Origin: Eremomyces bilateralis CBS 781.70
Taxonomy: Eukaryota
Assembly: GCA_010015585.1 (NCBI GenBank)
Contig: ML975149.1
Direction: 5' to 3' (one strand)
Length of the DNA stretch: 64,000 nt
Shown here: in pieces, positions 13,160-26,654 of the stretch
Layout of the letters: each line of letters starts with the position of its first letter
Position numbering within the stretch: position 1 is the first letter of the stretch
Position numbers and translations under genes: made by a program
The notes under the pieces: generated by a model
Database searches by the model: none
Told to the model about the DNA's origin: nothing
What the model saw: the letters and a program-made list of their open reading frames with translations, nothing else

Positions 13160-14257
13160 ATGGTCCTCGCCGACCTCTCCCCCCCCGACTCGCTCGGCAA
13201 CGACACCTACACCTCCACCCCCTCCAACGACCCCCTCACCGGCCCCCTCTTCCACTATGACCCCAACAGCCTCCCCATCGTCTTCCCCGTCCTCGGCCCC
13301 CTCCTAGGCTTCACCCACGCCCGCAAACTCGCCCACGTCGACGCCGAACTCACCAAGTTCGCCCAACAGATCGCTCGGCCCCTCACCCCCACCGAGTCCC
13401 AGATCCTTGCCTCCGCCACCGCCACCAAAGTCACCTACCCCTCCTGGGTCGAGCCGCCGCTGCTGGCCTTCGCGTTGCGCCGCCACCTCGCGCTCGAGCG
13501 GGCGAAGGGGGAGTTCAGTCTGGTGTTCATGAACGCGAAGGTGGAGCAATGTACGCCGGCAAAGTTCGGGATGCGGGAGACGCCGTTGTTGCGGGCGCTG
13601 TTCGCGAGCGCACGGGTGGCGCCGACGACGTTCGCGTGGTTGGTGGGGGCGCGGTTTATTGCGTCGACGATGCATGTGTCGGCGTTTGCGCAGACGGTGT
13701 TGAATAATACGGAGTTGGACGGGTTAAGGAAGGCGCTGCGGAGGGCGCAGGGGGAGATGCGGGGGGGTCAGGGGCAGGGGGAGCGGAGTCAGGGGGTATT
13801 TGGCGGGAGGATGGCGGGCGGTGATGCGCCACGACGGACGGCGGGCGACGAGGGCGGCTCGACAGCGGGATGGGGCGATGCAGCTCCTCCGCGCGACGAT
13901 CCGAGACCGGGCGATGAGGTGTATAACGCGAAGAACGACACGGCGTGGGGGATGGGTTCGTCTAGCAACGACGTCGACGATGCGTCGCCGACCGCCGGAG
14001 CGCCGCCGGAGTCGTCGTGGGAGCGGATCCGGCGGGAGACGCAGGCGGAGCAGCAGGGCGGGCGGAGAGGAGGGACGCCGGGGCCGCCGCGGTGGGCACG
14101 GAGACCGCAGGGGGGCGAGAATAACGAAAGGAACGGGGATGATGGGGATATGTTTGGCTTTTCGCGGGCGGAGGAGGAGGCGCAGTTGGCGAAGGGGGAG
14201 GCACAGCGGGATTTTGACACGCGTATGGAGAGAGAGCGGCAAGGGAAGGATTTTTGA
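13160..14257 (+). CDS. Fungal hypothetical protein (hydrophobic N-terminal half, charged C-terminus)
   Basis: 365-aa intronless ORF with good start context (ACCACCATGG); C-terminal SSWERIR...AQRDFDTRMERERQGKDF. Confidence 0.75.
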   Translation: MVLADLSPPDSLGNDTYTSTPSNDPLTGPLFHYDPNSLPIVFPVLGPLLGFTHARKLAHVDAELTKFAQQIARPLTPTESQILASATATKVTYPSWVEPPLLAFALRRHLALERAKGEFSLVFMNAKVEQCTPAKFGMRETPLLRALFASARVAPTTFAWLVGARFIASTMHVSAFAQTVLNNTELDGLRKALRRAQGEMRGGQGQGERSQGVFGGRMAGGDAPRRTAGDEGGSTAGWGDAAPPRDDPRPGDEVYNAKNDTAWGMGSSSNDVDDASPTAGAPPESSWERIRRETQAEQQGGRRGGTPGPPRWARRPQGGENNERNGDDGDMFGFSRAEEEAQLAKGEAQRDFDTRMERERQGKDF

Positions 14258-14378
14258 AGAGGATTGCATGAGGTCGTGTATAACATTGTTCGGGTATTAT
14301 CTCGGAAATGGGCTATAGAATGGGCCTTAGGGGCACGTTCTCTGTACTATCTCCGTACATATGGGTTGAAATAGAGGC

Positions 14379-14746
14379 CTAGCCATGTGTGACTTTGTTG
14401 ACCGTGCCATCGTCGGCGACGTGGATGTTCAGCCTATTGTATTCGCGTTAGTTATGCTTAACGTTTTGGAGGCCTGGGAGATGGATACCTGTCAGGTTTG
14501 TGGTCCATGGTCATCATATCCCCCTCCTTGACGACCCGGTGCTCGGAAGGGAGGTCTTTCTTTGCGAAGAACTGTCCCTCACATCAGTATCAGCACGTCG
14601 AAGCAGTATGTCATCGACGCAGGATCATGGGGACAACATACAATCTCGTTCGACTCCTCCCCGATCTTCTTCCCCATGAGTTTATGGTTCCATTCCTCGG
14701 TCTTGTCCTTGGACGAGGTGGTGAGGCCTGGGACGACGAGTGGCAT
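14379..14746 (-). CDS. Small peptidase inhibitor I78-family-like protein
   Basis: Three exons (introns 14641-14572 and 14488-14434) give MPLVVPG...W..KLMGKKIGE...FAKKDLPSEHRVVKEGDMMTMDHKPDRLNIHVADDGTVNKVTHG. Confidence 0.85.
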
Positions 14747-15710
14747 CGTGGAATAGGAGGATGCAGGTAGTAGTACGAGTGGGCTGGTTGCTGGCGATGA
14801 TCTGATCAGAGAAGATGGGTTTTGCAAGGCGATTTGGCATGCAAGTACGGCAGAGAGAATAGAGGACGAGCAAGATTGAACGGCGATGATGCGGTTTATA
14901 TACATCGCAAGTCCACGTATATGCTGCGTACCACTTCATTCACAGCTTTCAGTTGCTGCTGAAGCGGGAGGGATGGTGGTTACGTCACCACCACCATGGC
15001 TAGGATCGGTACTGCTACCCGACTGGACTCGCCAGGCTTATTTTGGCCTGGATTGGATTAAGATCAATTCCGGAGCTTCAGCCAATGGACGAGAGTATGA
15101 TCCTTCTATGTATGGCAGTGTCTGGGTGCTGGAAGACGAAGATCTTGAGAAGGCGTGGTCGATAGCGAGACATCATTACTCATTAGGGATCATATCAAGA
15201 GTATCGAAACGAGGGGAGATTCAGTGCTCATACTACGTAGTACAAACTTGCTTACTGTAAGGTAATTAATACGGAGTACATCTGAGATACTCCCTGTGAG
15301 GGAAACGTGGTGGCCCAACGGGACTGATCCGATTGTCGCATCATTGTGGCTGAGCATCCCTGAATCCAGAGAACCATATGTATGGAGTATGGATACAGAG
15401 TATCTCCGATTCACCGCAGATCTCACTTTAATATCCTCCAACGCTTGGACACATATTGCTTGTACACATATTGCTTGTACAACCCAGAAAGTGAGAATCA
15501 TCTGGTATTAACGATTTCTCCCATTGCTTAGACGGTGAAAGACCCGACAACTCCTCACCATGGCTTTCCTCCAGACATCAACACCCTCAATATCATGACC
15601 TACTCTCATGTTAATGTCCCTTGCAGTTGTGCATGCATCTCGCTATCCACCCGACTCTAGATTCCAAAAGATGCTCCTCCGCGGGGCCCATATAGCTGAG
15701 AGACGGGATT

Positions 15711-18700
15711 ATGGAACTTCGTAGACGCCATGTCATCCTAGCCGTCCTTGCTGTCTTTATCGCATGGGGATATGCTACCCACTGGGTTCCCTCCATCCGA
15801 TGGATCCCATACGCCTTCGTGTCCGGCGTTGTCGCAACGGTCGCAATATCCCTCTGGCTCATCCTCACCACGGCTCGGAGAAAACGAGCCCTCCAACGAC
15901 CACGAACTCAGAAAGAAGACCGCATCGCGTTCATCGCTCCCCAAACCTGGCAGCTCGAAACCGCCGCGCAACGTCGCCATCTCCTCTACCGCCGCGATCC
16001 CATCTACCCCCCCTCCTCCGAGGTCTCCCAAGCCGCCGACCGCCTCCTCAACCTCATCCTCCGCGACTTCGTGCAATCCTGGTACTCCAAGATCAGCCCG
16101 CGCCCCACCTTCACCAACGAAGTCGACCGCGCCATCCGCACCGCCCTGAAGAACATCCTCGACCGCGTCCTTGCGCTCGACCTCGTCGACATCGTTGTCT
16201 CGCGCCTCATCCCCATCGTCACCGAGCATCTGCGCGACTTCGACGAGGCCGAGCGCGCGGTGCGGGGAAGGAAGTTGAGCCGCAGCGTCACCGAATCCGA
16301 GGAGCTGGATCTGGCCATTGCGGCGAAGTTTCGGGAGGGCAAGCTGCATGCAGCGGCGAGTTTGGCATATGCGAACCCGAAGACCGCGCAGCAGCAGCAT
16401 CTGAGAGGGATCGTGACACGGTGTCTGACCCTGCTGCTCCCGGAGGACATGACTAAGAGCGCGTCGGTCGTGGTGCTGGTGAAGGAGATTGTATCGTGTG
16501 CGGTGCTCTATCCCGTGACGCAGGCGCTGATCGACCCGGATACATGGAATAAATTGCTGGAGGGATATGGGCGCGCATTTCTTCAAGAGCGGAAGACGGT
16601 CCGAAAGTTACGGGCTGCCCTCGACGAGCACGCTCCGCCGTCCCCAAAGTCAGGTAAACCCGCTGTTTTCCCGAAGCTGTCCGCGAATGATAGCGAGCGG
16701 CGGTTCGAGCGATTCATCCGAGCGGTCCGGAAATGCAACAATCTCTCGGACGCGCGTCGGTTCCGGAGCGAGGTGGCCAGCCAACTATGGAAAGAGTCCA
16801 ACGAGGAAGGGCAGGATCCGCTGTACCTGCGACGGCTGGAAACGGGGAAGCGCATGCTGGATCAGAAGATCGCGAGTCTGGGCGCGGGGGCGTTCGGGAA
16901 GCCGAAGTTGTCGTTGCAGCCGCCGGGGCAGGCGACGCCGTCGTCAACGCTGGAAAACGCCGCGTTGCGGGAGGTGTTGTATAACGCCTCGGGGCTATCG
17001 TGCTTCATGGAGTATATGGAGCGACTGGGCCTTATCCGCCTCGTGCAGTTCTGGATCGTCGTCGATGGGTTCCGCAACCCGCTCGAAGTCGACACGGACG
17101 ACCCGTCGGAATACGTGGGCGGCGACGCATATTGGACCGAGTCCGACCGCACGGATCTGGCGCAGATCAACGGCGGGTATCTATCGAAGCCGGAATTGAA
17201 GGTCTCGCCAGTGGCGAAGGAAGCGGTGAAGTCGTTCCTAAGAGCCGGGAAAGAAGCGACTGGGGCACAATATCACGCGGCAAGACGGGCGGTCCTGGAG
17301 GCGCAGACGGCCGTGTACGAGGAGATGCAGGATGTGCACTTCCGGAACTTCAAGAAGACAGATCTCTGGTTCAAGCTTCTGGCATCGGAAGAACGAGAAG
17401 CGATCCCCGCTCCACCCAGCCCTACATCTTCCCTCGGCCAGGTGGAGGAGTTCAGAAAACATGCGGCTCCTAAACCTCGGAATGCCCGCCTGAGCACAAC
17501 CAACGCATTGAAGCCAACCGACCTCCGACGAGCGGTCGTCTCCGCGACGAATCTACGAGACGTAGCCCGATCCGAGAACGGGGACGAGTCTCCCCGACGA
17601 TCACTCGACGATTCCAACCGTGCACCCCTCTTCGACGACGAACCCAGCGCCGACCCCTTAGCTGACTCCGTCCAAAGCCTCGACTCCGACCCCGGCCCCG
17701 CAAAAAACGTGCAAGACCCCAAAGTCGTCGACGCCATGCAGACCGCGCTGAACCACATCCTCGAGGAACCACCCGACCCCGACTCGCTGTTCTCCGACCC
17801 CGCCGTCCGCTCCCCCCCCGACGCCGACTCGCTCCGCAGCTCGCTGGACATCCCGCGGGCCGGGTCTCCCGCGCTGAAAAAGGGGAAGCTCAGCATCGCG
17901 TCGCTGGGCCTCGTCGGCGGGCCGGCGAGCCGCGGCGTGTTCCACGACGACCTTTTCGGCGACGAACAGAAGTTCATCGAGGACGAACGGGAGGACAGCG
18001 ATGATATCAAGACGCCCGTGGAGGACGAGATCCACGAAGCGGCGCCGGGCGACCTCGGCCTCGCTGAGGCGATCGACGCGCTGACGGGGGACATCGAGAA
18101 GCTGGTGACGCAGGAGGCAATCGTGGATTCGCTGATGAAGAAGGCGGAGCTGACGAACAATGCGGCGGAGCTAAGGATCTTGCGGAAGTCGAAGACGAGC
18201 TTGCAGCGAGAGATTAGTCGGAAGGAGTTGCAGCGGCAGCAGTATATCGTGCAGGAGAGCGAGAGTAGTTTGTTTGGGCGGGCGACGATTTCGATTACGT
18301 CGATCATGGTGGGGCAGGAGCCGGATGGGAAGGAGTACGCTTTGTGTAAGTTTCCGGTTTTTATATTCGCGGTCGAACGGGAATTGACATATTTCAGATG
18401 TGATCGAAGTGCGGCGGGAAGCTGGCGAGCAGATGCCAGCGGCTGCATGGGTTGTCGCTCGGCGATATAGCGAGTTCCATGAACTGAACAAGCGACTCCG
18501 TGCTCGGTATTCGCAGGTGCGAAACCTGGAGTTCCCACGACGGCAGATGGTGTTGAAGCTGCAGAAAGACTTCCTACAGAAGCGGCGGATCCTCCTCGAG
18601 CGATATCTCCAAGTATGCTCATCACGCATTTCCACAATTATTCGAGACTCGCATACTGACGTTAACAGGAACTCCTCCTCATTCCCGCTATCTGCCGCAG

Positions 18701-19526
18701 CCGCGAACTCCGCGCGTTCCTCTCCCAAGCCTCTATCGCCCACCGCAACCCTCAAGACCCCCAAGCCGACACCCGCGACTTCGTCTCCCGCATCTACAAC
18801 TCCGTCACCGACGGCATGGAGGAGTTCCTCGGCAACATCCCCGTTCTCGACCAACTCTCTCTCGCCGGCCAAAACCTCATCAGCGCCGCCACCACACAGC
18901 TCGCCGCCTCCAACGCCGCCGCCCTCCCGCACCCACACAACAATCCTAACCCGAACGGCAACCTCCCCCCCGCTCTCACCTCCACTACCTCCCCCCTCAC
19001 TAACGACCCTCAAACCGCCGCCGAAGCCGAAGCCGAACTCCAAGCCTACGACTCCCGCGAGCTCCTCCCCCTCGTCAAACCCATCAGCGACCTCTTCCTC
19101 GAAGCCTTCGAGCTAAACCGCGAATCCAACTGGCTGCGCGGCCGCGCCGTCGTCGTCGTCCTGCACCAGCTCCTCGGCGGGACCGTCGAGCGGAAGGTGC
19201 GCGATGGATTCAAGGCGTCGACGTCCGCGGAGGCGATGGTAAGGTGGCTGGGGGTGGTGGAGGGCATGATGTGGCCCGGGGGGAAGGGGAGGGAGGCAGT
19301 AGTGAGGACGGAGGGGGAGCGGGCGGCGACGAGGGCGGAGGCGGGGGCGTTGTTGAGTGTGTTGGTGCCGGATTTGGTGGGGAGTGTGGTGGGGAGAGGG
19401 AATGCGCAGGGGGCGGGGAGGAGGGTGTTGGCGGTGTTGAATAATGAGAGGTTGAATGCACATTTGGTGTTTACGTTGTTGGATGAGGTGGTGCAGATTG
19501 TGTTTGGGGAGTCAGGGATACGGTAG
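15711..19526 (+). CDS. MDM1: PXA-RGS-PX-nexin C sorting nexin (Mdm1/SNX14-like)
   Basis: N-terminal TM pair; PXA motif ILRDFVQSWYSKIS; RGS FMEYMER..LVQFW; PX motif VARRYSEFHELN; nexin-C NWLRGRAVVVVLHQLLGGTVERK; introns 18346-18397 and 18613-18668. Confidence 0.9.
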
Positions 19527-19686
19527 TGGGGTGTTGGGTGGATGGCGGTATTGGTTTACTTAATGTCTATTGTTTGCATGTCAATGAAGCGTTCGGCGAT
19601 GTTGCACTTTATTGTCGAGAGCGGTCTATTGTGAATTTGTATATGAAAAGGGGTAGATATCCACATCTTCACCACTATTGTACAAC

Positions 19687-21142
19687 CTACGCCGGCGCCG
19701 CCCCCTTCCAATATCGACTCGGCACAAACGGCATCTTCGTCACCGTCGCCTTTCTCTCCTTCCCTCTCACCACCACCCCCACCTCCGTCCCCGCCTTGTG
19801 CAACCCACTCTTGACATACCCCATCGCGATATTCTTCCGCAAACTCGGACTCGGGCACCCCGACGTCACCACCCCCACCTTCTCCCCCCCTACCACGATC
19901 TCCGCCCCCGCCCGCGCCGGCGCCCCCTCCACAGTCAATCCTACCCGCCTCCTCGCCACCCCCGTCCCCCCATCCTTCTTCAGCTTCAACTGACCCAGAA
20001 TCGTGTCCGCGCCATGGAACCCGCCGTTCGCACGTCGGTCTTTCCCAATCACCCACCCCAGCCCCGCTTCCACTGGCGTCGTCGTCTCGTCGAGGTCGTT
20101 TCCGTAAAGACACATCCCCGCTTCTAGGCGTAGGCTATCGCGCGCCGCGAGGCCGGCCAGGCGAAGCTGGTCGGGGCCGGCGTGCTGGAGGAGCGTGGAG
20201 GCGACCTCGTGTGGGTCGACCGCCGGAGGGAGGGAGAGCTCGAAGCCGTCTTCGCCGGTGTAGCCGCCTCTAGAAGCAAGGATGTTGCGGGCGACGTCGC
20301 CGTTGGGTAGCTGGATGCTGATCTCGACGCATTGGCCGAAGAGGACTTTTTGGAGCTCGACGGGATGATCGGGGGCGAGGAGGGAGGAGAGGATGGAGGA
20401 AGAGAGGGGACCTTGGAGGGCGAGGAGGCTGTTGTCAGGGAGGGGGGTCCAGGTCACTTCGGAGTGGCCGGCAGCGGTCCAGGCGTCGAGGTGAGTTTGG
20501 AGGTAGGCGGTGTCTTTTTCGCGGCAGCCGGCGTTGGTGACAACGTAGAAGAGCTCAGGGCGGAGTTTGGTGATGATCGTGTCATCGATGATGCCGCCGG
20601 TTTCGGGGTGGAGGAGACAGGAGAGGGTGGATTGGTTGGTGGGGAGAGTCGAGAGGGACGAGGGCGTGATGAGGGAGAGGAATCCTGCGGCGCCTGGTCC
20701 GGAGAAGTGGTGTTGCAGCCTGTGTATCTCTATTAGTTTCAGCTGGTAAAACAAACAACTCGGTAAGGATTGTCTAAAGAAAGAGGACTCCGAACATGTG
20801 GCTAACATCAAACAGACTGGCCTTCTCCCTCGTCCACAAATGCGATTGAACGATGCTCAAGTCCTTGTATTGAACCGGCATGGAATATCCGCTAAACGGG
20901 ACCATCTGTCCCCCATTTGCGACATGAAGGTCATAGAGCCGGGTCTTCTTCAAATTCGGATCCGTGGCGGACGACGCCCATCTGGTCTGGACAGCAGCAC
21001 AGGACGGTACAGCGGGATGCGGTGACGTCGGTAGCCGATTGCGAAGCAGTGAAGTAGGTTTCACGGTACGTGATTGAACCGAATACTGCTGGGCAGCTCG
21101 AGCAATTGCCCGAACACCTAATACGACTCTTCGAGATGCCAT
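19687..21142 (-). CDS. GCV1: Glycine cleavage system T protein (aminomethyltransferase), mitochondrial
   Basis: [63 protein letters not shown]; intron 20795-20720. Confidence 0.95.
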
Positions 21143-21247
21143 TGCTGCTCAATTGCTGTGTATAGAGCAGTTCGGGATGTTGAAGGTCGCAGAACGGGGT
21201 CTCGCGCGAGCCGTTGATATCATGATGACCCACCGCGGGATGACGAC

Positions 21248-21287
21248 ATGACTCATATAGTGGACTGGAGGCTTGGCAACTGACTCA
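21248..21287. promoter_or_regulatory. Two Gcn4/CpcA-type sites in the divergent GCV1-PRP5 promoter
   Basis: Perfect ATGACTCAT at 21248-21256 and TGACTCA at 21281-21287, 106-145 bp upstream of the GCV1 ATG. Confidence 0.55.
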
Positions 21288-21579
21288 GTGTTATAAGGCT
21301 GTAAGGCGCAAACATCCTACATAGGCCAGGCTGCGTGCATGAAACTTTAAACTTGACCAGACCCAGACTCACTTCGATACCTCACCCTCATGTCAAACTC
21401 ACTCCTCAACCGCCTTGAAACCCATTCGATATCGCACTATACTCTATCGGCCTGCTCGTAGCATTTAATACCTCCCACTCACCGGGCTCGATTACTCTAA
21501 CAAGTCATCTCTGGACACTACCTTTGCAACGGACTCAATACAGCAGTAATACTCACTCAGTCGGCCAGGCTCCCGAGCA

Positions 21580-24500
21580 ATGGCTCGCCGAGACACTCGC
21601 TCACCATCTCCGACAGGAAGCAATTACTCTAAGCGCGTGCGCCGAGAAGATGACCGGCATCGTGATGGCAAAGATCGAAGACGGAGCCGGTCCCGGAGCG
21701 CGGATGTACGGTTTGGCCCTCATTCTTCCACCTCTTCGTATCTGACAGAACTCAAGCGGAGGCCGCGAGACCGTGACGACAGACGACGAAATCGATCGGT
21801 AGACAGACACCGTGGTGGCGATCGGTACGATGATTCTAGTTACAGGCCGGGACGACGAGATCGCTCGAGAGAACGGAGACGGTCAAGGTCACCTAGGGAC
21901 CGGCGAGATCGTGATCGCGATAGAGATCGAGGTTTTAGAAGCCGACGAGACGATGACCGCGAGCATCGTCGACGCAATTCGCGAGACCGACGAGATGATG
22001 ACCGGAGAGGCGATCGGGGGGCCAGTGCAAAGGCGGCTGAGGTGCGTAGTTTTCACGTCGGTCACAATGGGCATCTACTCACATCTCGACAGGAAGCCGC
22101 CGCTGCCACCAAGGCCGCTGAAGAAGAGAAGAAGAAGGCAGAAAAGTTAGCAAAACTCGAAGCTTGGAAGGCCAAGCAGGTAGCGGAGCGTGAACGTAAG
22201 CAGAAAGAATCCGCTGCACTTGGAACCAGAAATCTACTCAATGAGATGGATCGAAAGGCCGCCGGATCTCCCTCAGTCGGGTCACCTAGCTCTCCAGCTC
22301 CTACAAGCGGTCCCGATTCACCAGCTCCTTATACGGGGAAGTTCGACCCGAAAGCCATCGCTAAACGAGCACTTGGAGGGCATGCGAGCAGTTCTTCGGC
22401 TCTAGGAATTGATGTCCCGGTTCCGGTAAAGCCAGGATCAACGACATCAATCTCTACCGCAGGTGCTACAAAGGGAGTTCCAGCGAAAGTCGGCATGGGA
22501 CCCCGTAAGTCTTCTTCCACCAAAGGGTCCGAACCCCCTCCGCTAACCAAACAACTAGCTCAAGGAGGCTCTCTCAAACCGCTCAAAGCAAGTGGTAATG
22601 TCAACCGATTCGGTCTTGGGGCGAAAGCAGACAAATCCGAGAAAAAAGGGACTCTCAATTTCGGCGACGAGGAATCGACGAAGCGGAAGCTAGAAAAGCT
22701 TCCAACCCTTCCAACCCCCGATTCTACTGAAACCAGTGCTGCTGAAGGCAACCCGGCAGAGGCGGATGACGACGAAGGGGAAGATTTTGCCGATGCTGGC
22801 ACGGAAGAGGAGGCCGCAGCCGCAGCTCGTGCAGCCGCAGAGAAGAGAGAAGAGCGCTTGCAAACCGAGAATACTGAAGTCGCTCCAGGGACTGAAAATG
22901 ATGTAGATATGCAAGATGCTACTGGCGCCGATGTACAGGACGAGATGCAAGTCGATGAGGATGTCGACCCTCTGGATGCATTCATGGCTGATCTAGGCGA
23001 TGAAAAACCGAACGCTGCCAAGAAACCGGCAAAAAGAAATGCGTTACAAGAACCTCAGGCAATCTTCGGGGGCGACGACGATGGCATGGATGCAGTCGAA
23101 GCGGATGAAGATATTTTAATCGCGGCTGCAAGCAAGAAGAAAAAGAAGGAGATCCCCACCGTCGATCATGCGAAGGTGGACTATGAACCATTCCGAAAGG
23201 ATTTCTATGTGGAGCTGCCAGAGCTACGTGATTTGACGGAGGAAGAAGCTGCCGACCTTCGGCTCGAGCTGGATGGCATCAAAGTTCGCGGCGTTGATGT
23301 TCCAAGGCCGGTTAGGACATGGACGCAGTGCGGGCTCGGAGTACAGACTTTAGATGTGGTCGACAAGCTAGGCTACGATGCACCAACCGCCATTCAATCG
23401 CAGGCAATCCCAGCGATCATGGCGGGCCGAGACGTTATTGGTGTCGCCAAGACGGGCTCCGGGAAGACCATCGCTTTCTTGATGCCAATGTTCCGGCACA
23501 TCAAGGACCAGCGACCGTTGTCTTCGATGGAGGGTCCGGTCGGACTCATCATGACCCCCACTCGAGAACTCGCGACGCAGATCCACCGCGAATGCAAGCC
23601 ATTCCTCAAAGCCCTTGGTCTCCGCGCCGTTTGTGCGTACGGCGGCGCTCCGATCAAGGACCAAATCGCGGAGCTGAAGCGAGGTGCCGAGATTGTGGTT
23701 TGCACTCCTGGCCGTATGATCGATCTGCTTGGCGCCAACTCCGGACGGGTTACGAATCTGAGGAGAGTTACATACGTGGTGCTGGACGAAGCGGACCGAA
23801 TGTTCGACATGGGATTCGAGCCACAGGTCATGAAGATCATGGCGAATATTCGACCCCAAAAACAAACCGTGCTCTTCTCCGCCACGTTCCCTCGGAACAT
23901 GGAAGCACTCGCACGAAAGACCCTGAATAAGCCGGTCGAGATCATCGTTGGAGGAAAGAGTGTCGTCGCCCCGGAAATCACGCAGGTGGTCGAAGTCCGT
24001 GAGGAGAAGTCGAAATTCTTGCGACTATTAGAGCTTCTGGGACAACTGTATGACACGGACGAGGAGGCACGCACTCTCGTCTTCGTGGACCGTCAGGAAT
24101 CGGCCGATGGACTCCTGAACGACCTGATGCGCAAAGGATACCCTTGTCACTCTATCCACGGTGCGAAAGCACAAGAGGATCGGGATTCCAACATCCAAGA
24201 TTTCAAGGCTGGCGCCGTCCCCATCCTCATCGCCACCTCGGTCGCGGCCAGAGGGTTGGATGTAAAGCAGCTGAAGCTGGTTGTGAACTACGACTGCCCA
24301 AACCATCTGGAAGACTACGTACACCGAGCCGGCCGGACTGGGAGAGCAGGCAATACGGGTACCGCCGTCACGTTCGTCACCCCCGAGCAGGAGCGCTACT
24401 CGGTCGACATCGCCAAGGCCTTGAAACAATCCGGCCAACCGATCCCCGAAGACCTGGGGAAGATGGTGAACGACTTTATCGACAAAGTCAAATCTGGGAA

Positions 24501-25215
24501 AGAAAAGGCTAGCGCGTCTGGCTTCGGCGGCAAAGGTCTCGAGAAACTGGACCTGGAGCGCGAATCGGCTCGCAACCGCGAACGGAAAGCCTACCGCACC
24601 GGCGACGAGCCCGAAGAGGAAGAGAAGGACGAGGGCAAAGAAGAAGAGTTGTTCAAGAAAGCCATCGCGAAAGCTGCGCCTACCGCTACCGCCACGTCCG
24701 CTGCTCCCGCCCACGACGCCGACGCCGGCAAGTCCCTCCCGTTCGAGGAAAAAATCGTCGTCCACAAGACCGAAGTCCCCTCCACCACCGGCTCCACCGC
24801 CCTCGACCGCGTCCAACAAGCCGTCCAAAGCATCAGCAGCCGCCTCACACGCCAAGGCACCGGCTCCGGGCAACCCATCGACAACAAAGGCCCGGATGCC
24901 GGCGCGTTCCACGCCCGCCTGGAGATCAACGACTTCCCGCAGAAGGCGCGGTGGGCGGTCACGAACCGGACGAACGTGGCGAAGATACTGGAGGCGACAG
25001 GGACGAGCATCACGACGAAAGGGAATTACTACGGGGCGGGCAAGGAACCGGCCGCCGGGGAGCATGCGAAGTTGTATATTTTGGTGGAGGGGGATACGGA
25101 GGTGGTGGTGACGACGGCGATGAGGGAGCTGTGGCGGTTGCTGAGGGAGGGGACGATGGCGGCGGCGGATTCGGAGTCGAGGGCGCCGGCGAGTGGGAGG
25201 TACAACGTGGTCTAG
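21580..25215 (+). CDS. PRP5: Pre-mRNA-processing DEAD-box RNA helicase Prp5/DDX46
   Basis: RS/RD-rich N-terminus; DPLDAFM motif; [32 protein letters not shown]-terminal KH-like [11 protein letters not shown]; three introns (21706-21756, 22042-22092, 22505-22558). Confidence 0.95.
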   Translation: MARRDTRSPSPTGSNYSKRVRREDDRHRDGKDRRRSRSRSADVRFGPHSSTSSYLTELKRRPRDRDDRRRNRSVDRHRGGDRYDDSSYRPGRRDRSRERRRSRSPRDRRDRDRDRDRGFRSRRDDDREHRRRNSRDRRDDDRRGDRGASAKAAEVRSFHVGHNGHLLTSRQEAAAATKAAEEEKKKAEKLAKLEAWKAKQVAERERKQKESAALGTRNLLNEMDRKAAGSPSVGSPSSPAPTSGPDSPAPYTGKFDPKAIAKRALGGHASSSSALGIDVPVPVKPGSTTSISTAGATKGVPAKVGMGPRKSSSTKGSEPPPLTKQLAQGGSLKPLKASGNVNRFGLGAKADKSEKKGTLNFGDEESTKRKLEKLPTLPTPDSTETSAAEGNPAEADDDEGEDFADAGTEEEAAAAARAAAEKREERLQTENTEVAPGTENDVDMQDATGADVQDEMQVDEDVDPLDAFMADLGDEKPNAAKKPAKRNALQEPQAIFGGDDDGMDAVEADEDILIAAASKKKKKEIPTVDHAKVDYEPFRKDFYVELPELRDLTEEEAADLRLELDGIKVRGVDVPRPVRTWTQCGLGVQTLDVVDKLGYDAPTAIQSQAIPAIMAGRDVIGVAKTGSGKTIAFLMPMFRHIKDQRPLSSMEGPVGLIMTPTRELATQIHRECKPFLKALGLRAVCAYGGAPIKDQIAELKRGAEIVVCTPGRMIDLLGANSGRVTNLRRVTYVVLDEADRMFDMGFEPQVMKIMANIRPQKQTVLFSATFPRNMEALARKTLNKPVEIIVGGKSVVAPEITQVVEVREEKSKFLRLLELLGQLYDTDEEARTLVFVDRQESADGLLNDLMRKGYPCHSIHGAKAQEDRDSNIQDFKAGAVPILIATSVAARGLDVKQLKLVVNYDCPNHLEDYVHRAGRTGRAGNTGTAVTFVTPEQERYSVDIAKALKQSGQPIPEDLGKMVNDFIDKVKSGKEKASASGFGGKGLEKLDLERESARNRERKAYRTGDEPEEEEKDEGKEEELFKKAIAKAAPTATATSAAPAHDADAGKSLPFEEKIVVHKTEVPSTTGSTALDRVQQAVQSISSRLTRQGTGSGQPIDNKGPDAGAFHARLEINDFPQKARWAVTNRTNVAKILEATGTSITTKGNYYGAGKEPAAGEHAKLYILVEGDTEVVVTTAMRELWRLLREGTMAAADSESRAPASGRYNVV

Positions 25216-25528
25216 ACGATTATGAGGTCGTCCTGGCATTCGATGCTGATTCCGGAATTCAGCTGGGGTTTGGACATATGAAAAACGGGCGCGGATGGCT
25301 GGTAAAACGCCGTTATAATATTTATACCTATACGCAGCGATGAATGCAGTCCGTCATTGTACAAGTACACTATCCACGTCAAACTGTGATGCTGTAAGAC
25401 TTATATTCACTACATATCCCTTGATGTCATCAATACCTTGACACAATCACCCTGGATTCCGCAAAGCCTCGACATACTTGAATGATCTAACATATCGCCT
25501 CGCAAAGTCTCCCCCAACCGCCTCCTCC

Positions 25529-26062
25529 CTAAGTCTGCACCTCCGGCCCCGCCTGCCTCACCCAATCCGCAAACTCCATCCGCTTCGCCTATGAAACCGT
25601 CAGTCATCATCCCTCTCCAGCCCGCCAGTCACACCCTACTCACCCTAATATCCAAAAAACCCCTCCTCTCCTCCAAAAACCGAAACGGATGCGCCACCAT
25701 CTCCCCCTTCGGCGCCCTTATCGCCTTCCGCCCCTCGGGCCGGCTTTGATCCTTCTCAATCTGCTCCGCCCACGCGCGCCAACGGATCGGGCGCAGCGGC
25801 GCGCTGTGCAGGATGATGCCGGTGCAGAGGAGGAAGAGGGAGAGGAGGAGCTCGAGGGTGATGTCGAGGGGGAGGGTTAGGGTGGAGGTGGAGGTTGCAA
25901 AGGGGGAGGAGGCGGGGTGGGGAGGTGTGGTGCTGGAGTGTTCCCAGGCGGAGTAGACGCTGGGAGGGGGTTAGTATTGGGGGGTGGATGGGGAGGGGAG
26001 ACGTACGAGTGGGAGAGGAGGAGGAGGCCGGCGGCGTTGAGGGTGGTGGATGTGAGGGTCAT
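25529..26062 (-). CDS. EMC5: ER membrane protein complex subunit 5 / MMgT-like
   Basis: Introns 26006-25960 and 25643-25589 give GLLLLSHSVYSAWEH...LPLDITLELL...LRPIRW...LEERRGFLDIRAKRMEFADWV. Confidence 0.85.
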
Positions 26063-26654
26063 GGTTGCGCGGAGGAATGGATGGAATAAGAGGTGGTGGA
26101 GGATCGAAACACGAGTGCACGAGTGCTTGTAATCGGCGGCCTTGGAGAGATTAGATAGGATGGCTGATGTAGGGTGCGTTGGTTGGAGGAGAGCAATTAG
26201 ATATGCACAGCAAATGTCTGGTTTGTTGCAACTGAAGTCTCGCAGCTTGGGAATGAGATGGAGTTACGCGAGTCAGGGATCTTTAGCTGCTGGAAAGCGC
26301 TGAATCGTCACACCAGACAGGGCTCTCAATTTTCATGCAATGCACCTCGTTCAGAATACTGATCTCCGTTGCCAGTTTGAGAAAATTGAGCAAGAGGTGG
26401 ATAGATATTGGATAGAGAGGATGCAATGGAGGCTACGGAATGGTCCTAGCAGTCTAATCGAATGGCATCACAGCAAATCGGTCTACAATATGATCACTTT
26501 GCATGGGGCGATGATGTTGATCTTCAGCATGGCGGGCATACACATGTGTCGTTTCCATGGCTATCTATATAGATAATTCCAATGGTTCTTTGGCATCATT
26601 AACCGTCCATCATTTCCGTACCCTGAGTCATGACCTTGCGTCACCTAAACGCGC

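Noticed and set aside
14886..15511. Short ORFs and a 15-bp duplication (ACACATATTGCTTGT x2) between the I78 and MDM1 genes
   Set aside because: No coherent exon chain or family motif; the duplication is trivial
24028..25239. Long antisense and alternative-frame ORFs over PRP5, MDM1 (17273-18637) and PPS1 (57532-58482)
   Set aside because: Expected shadows of GC-rich codon bias and the C/G skew blocks
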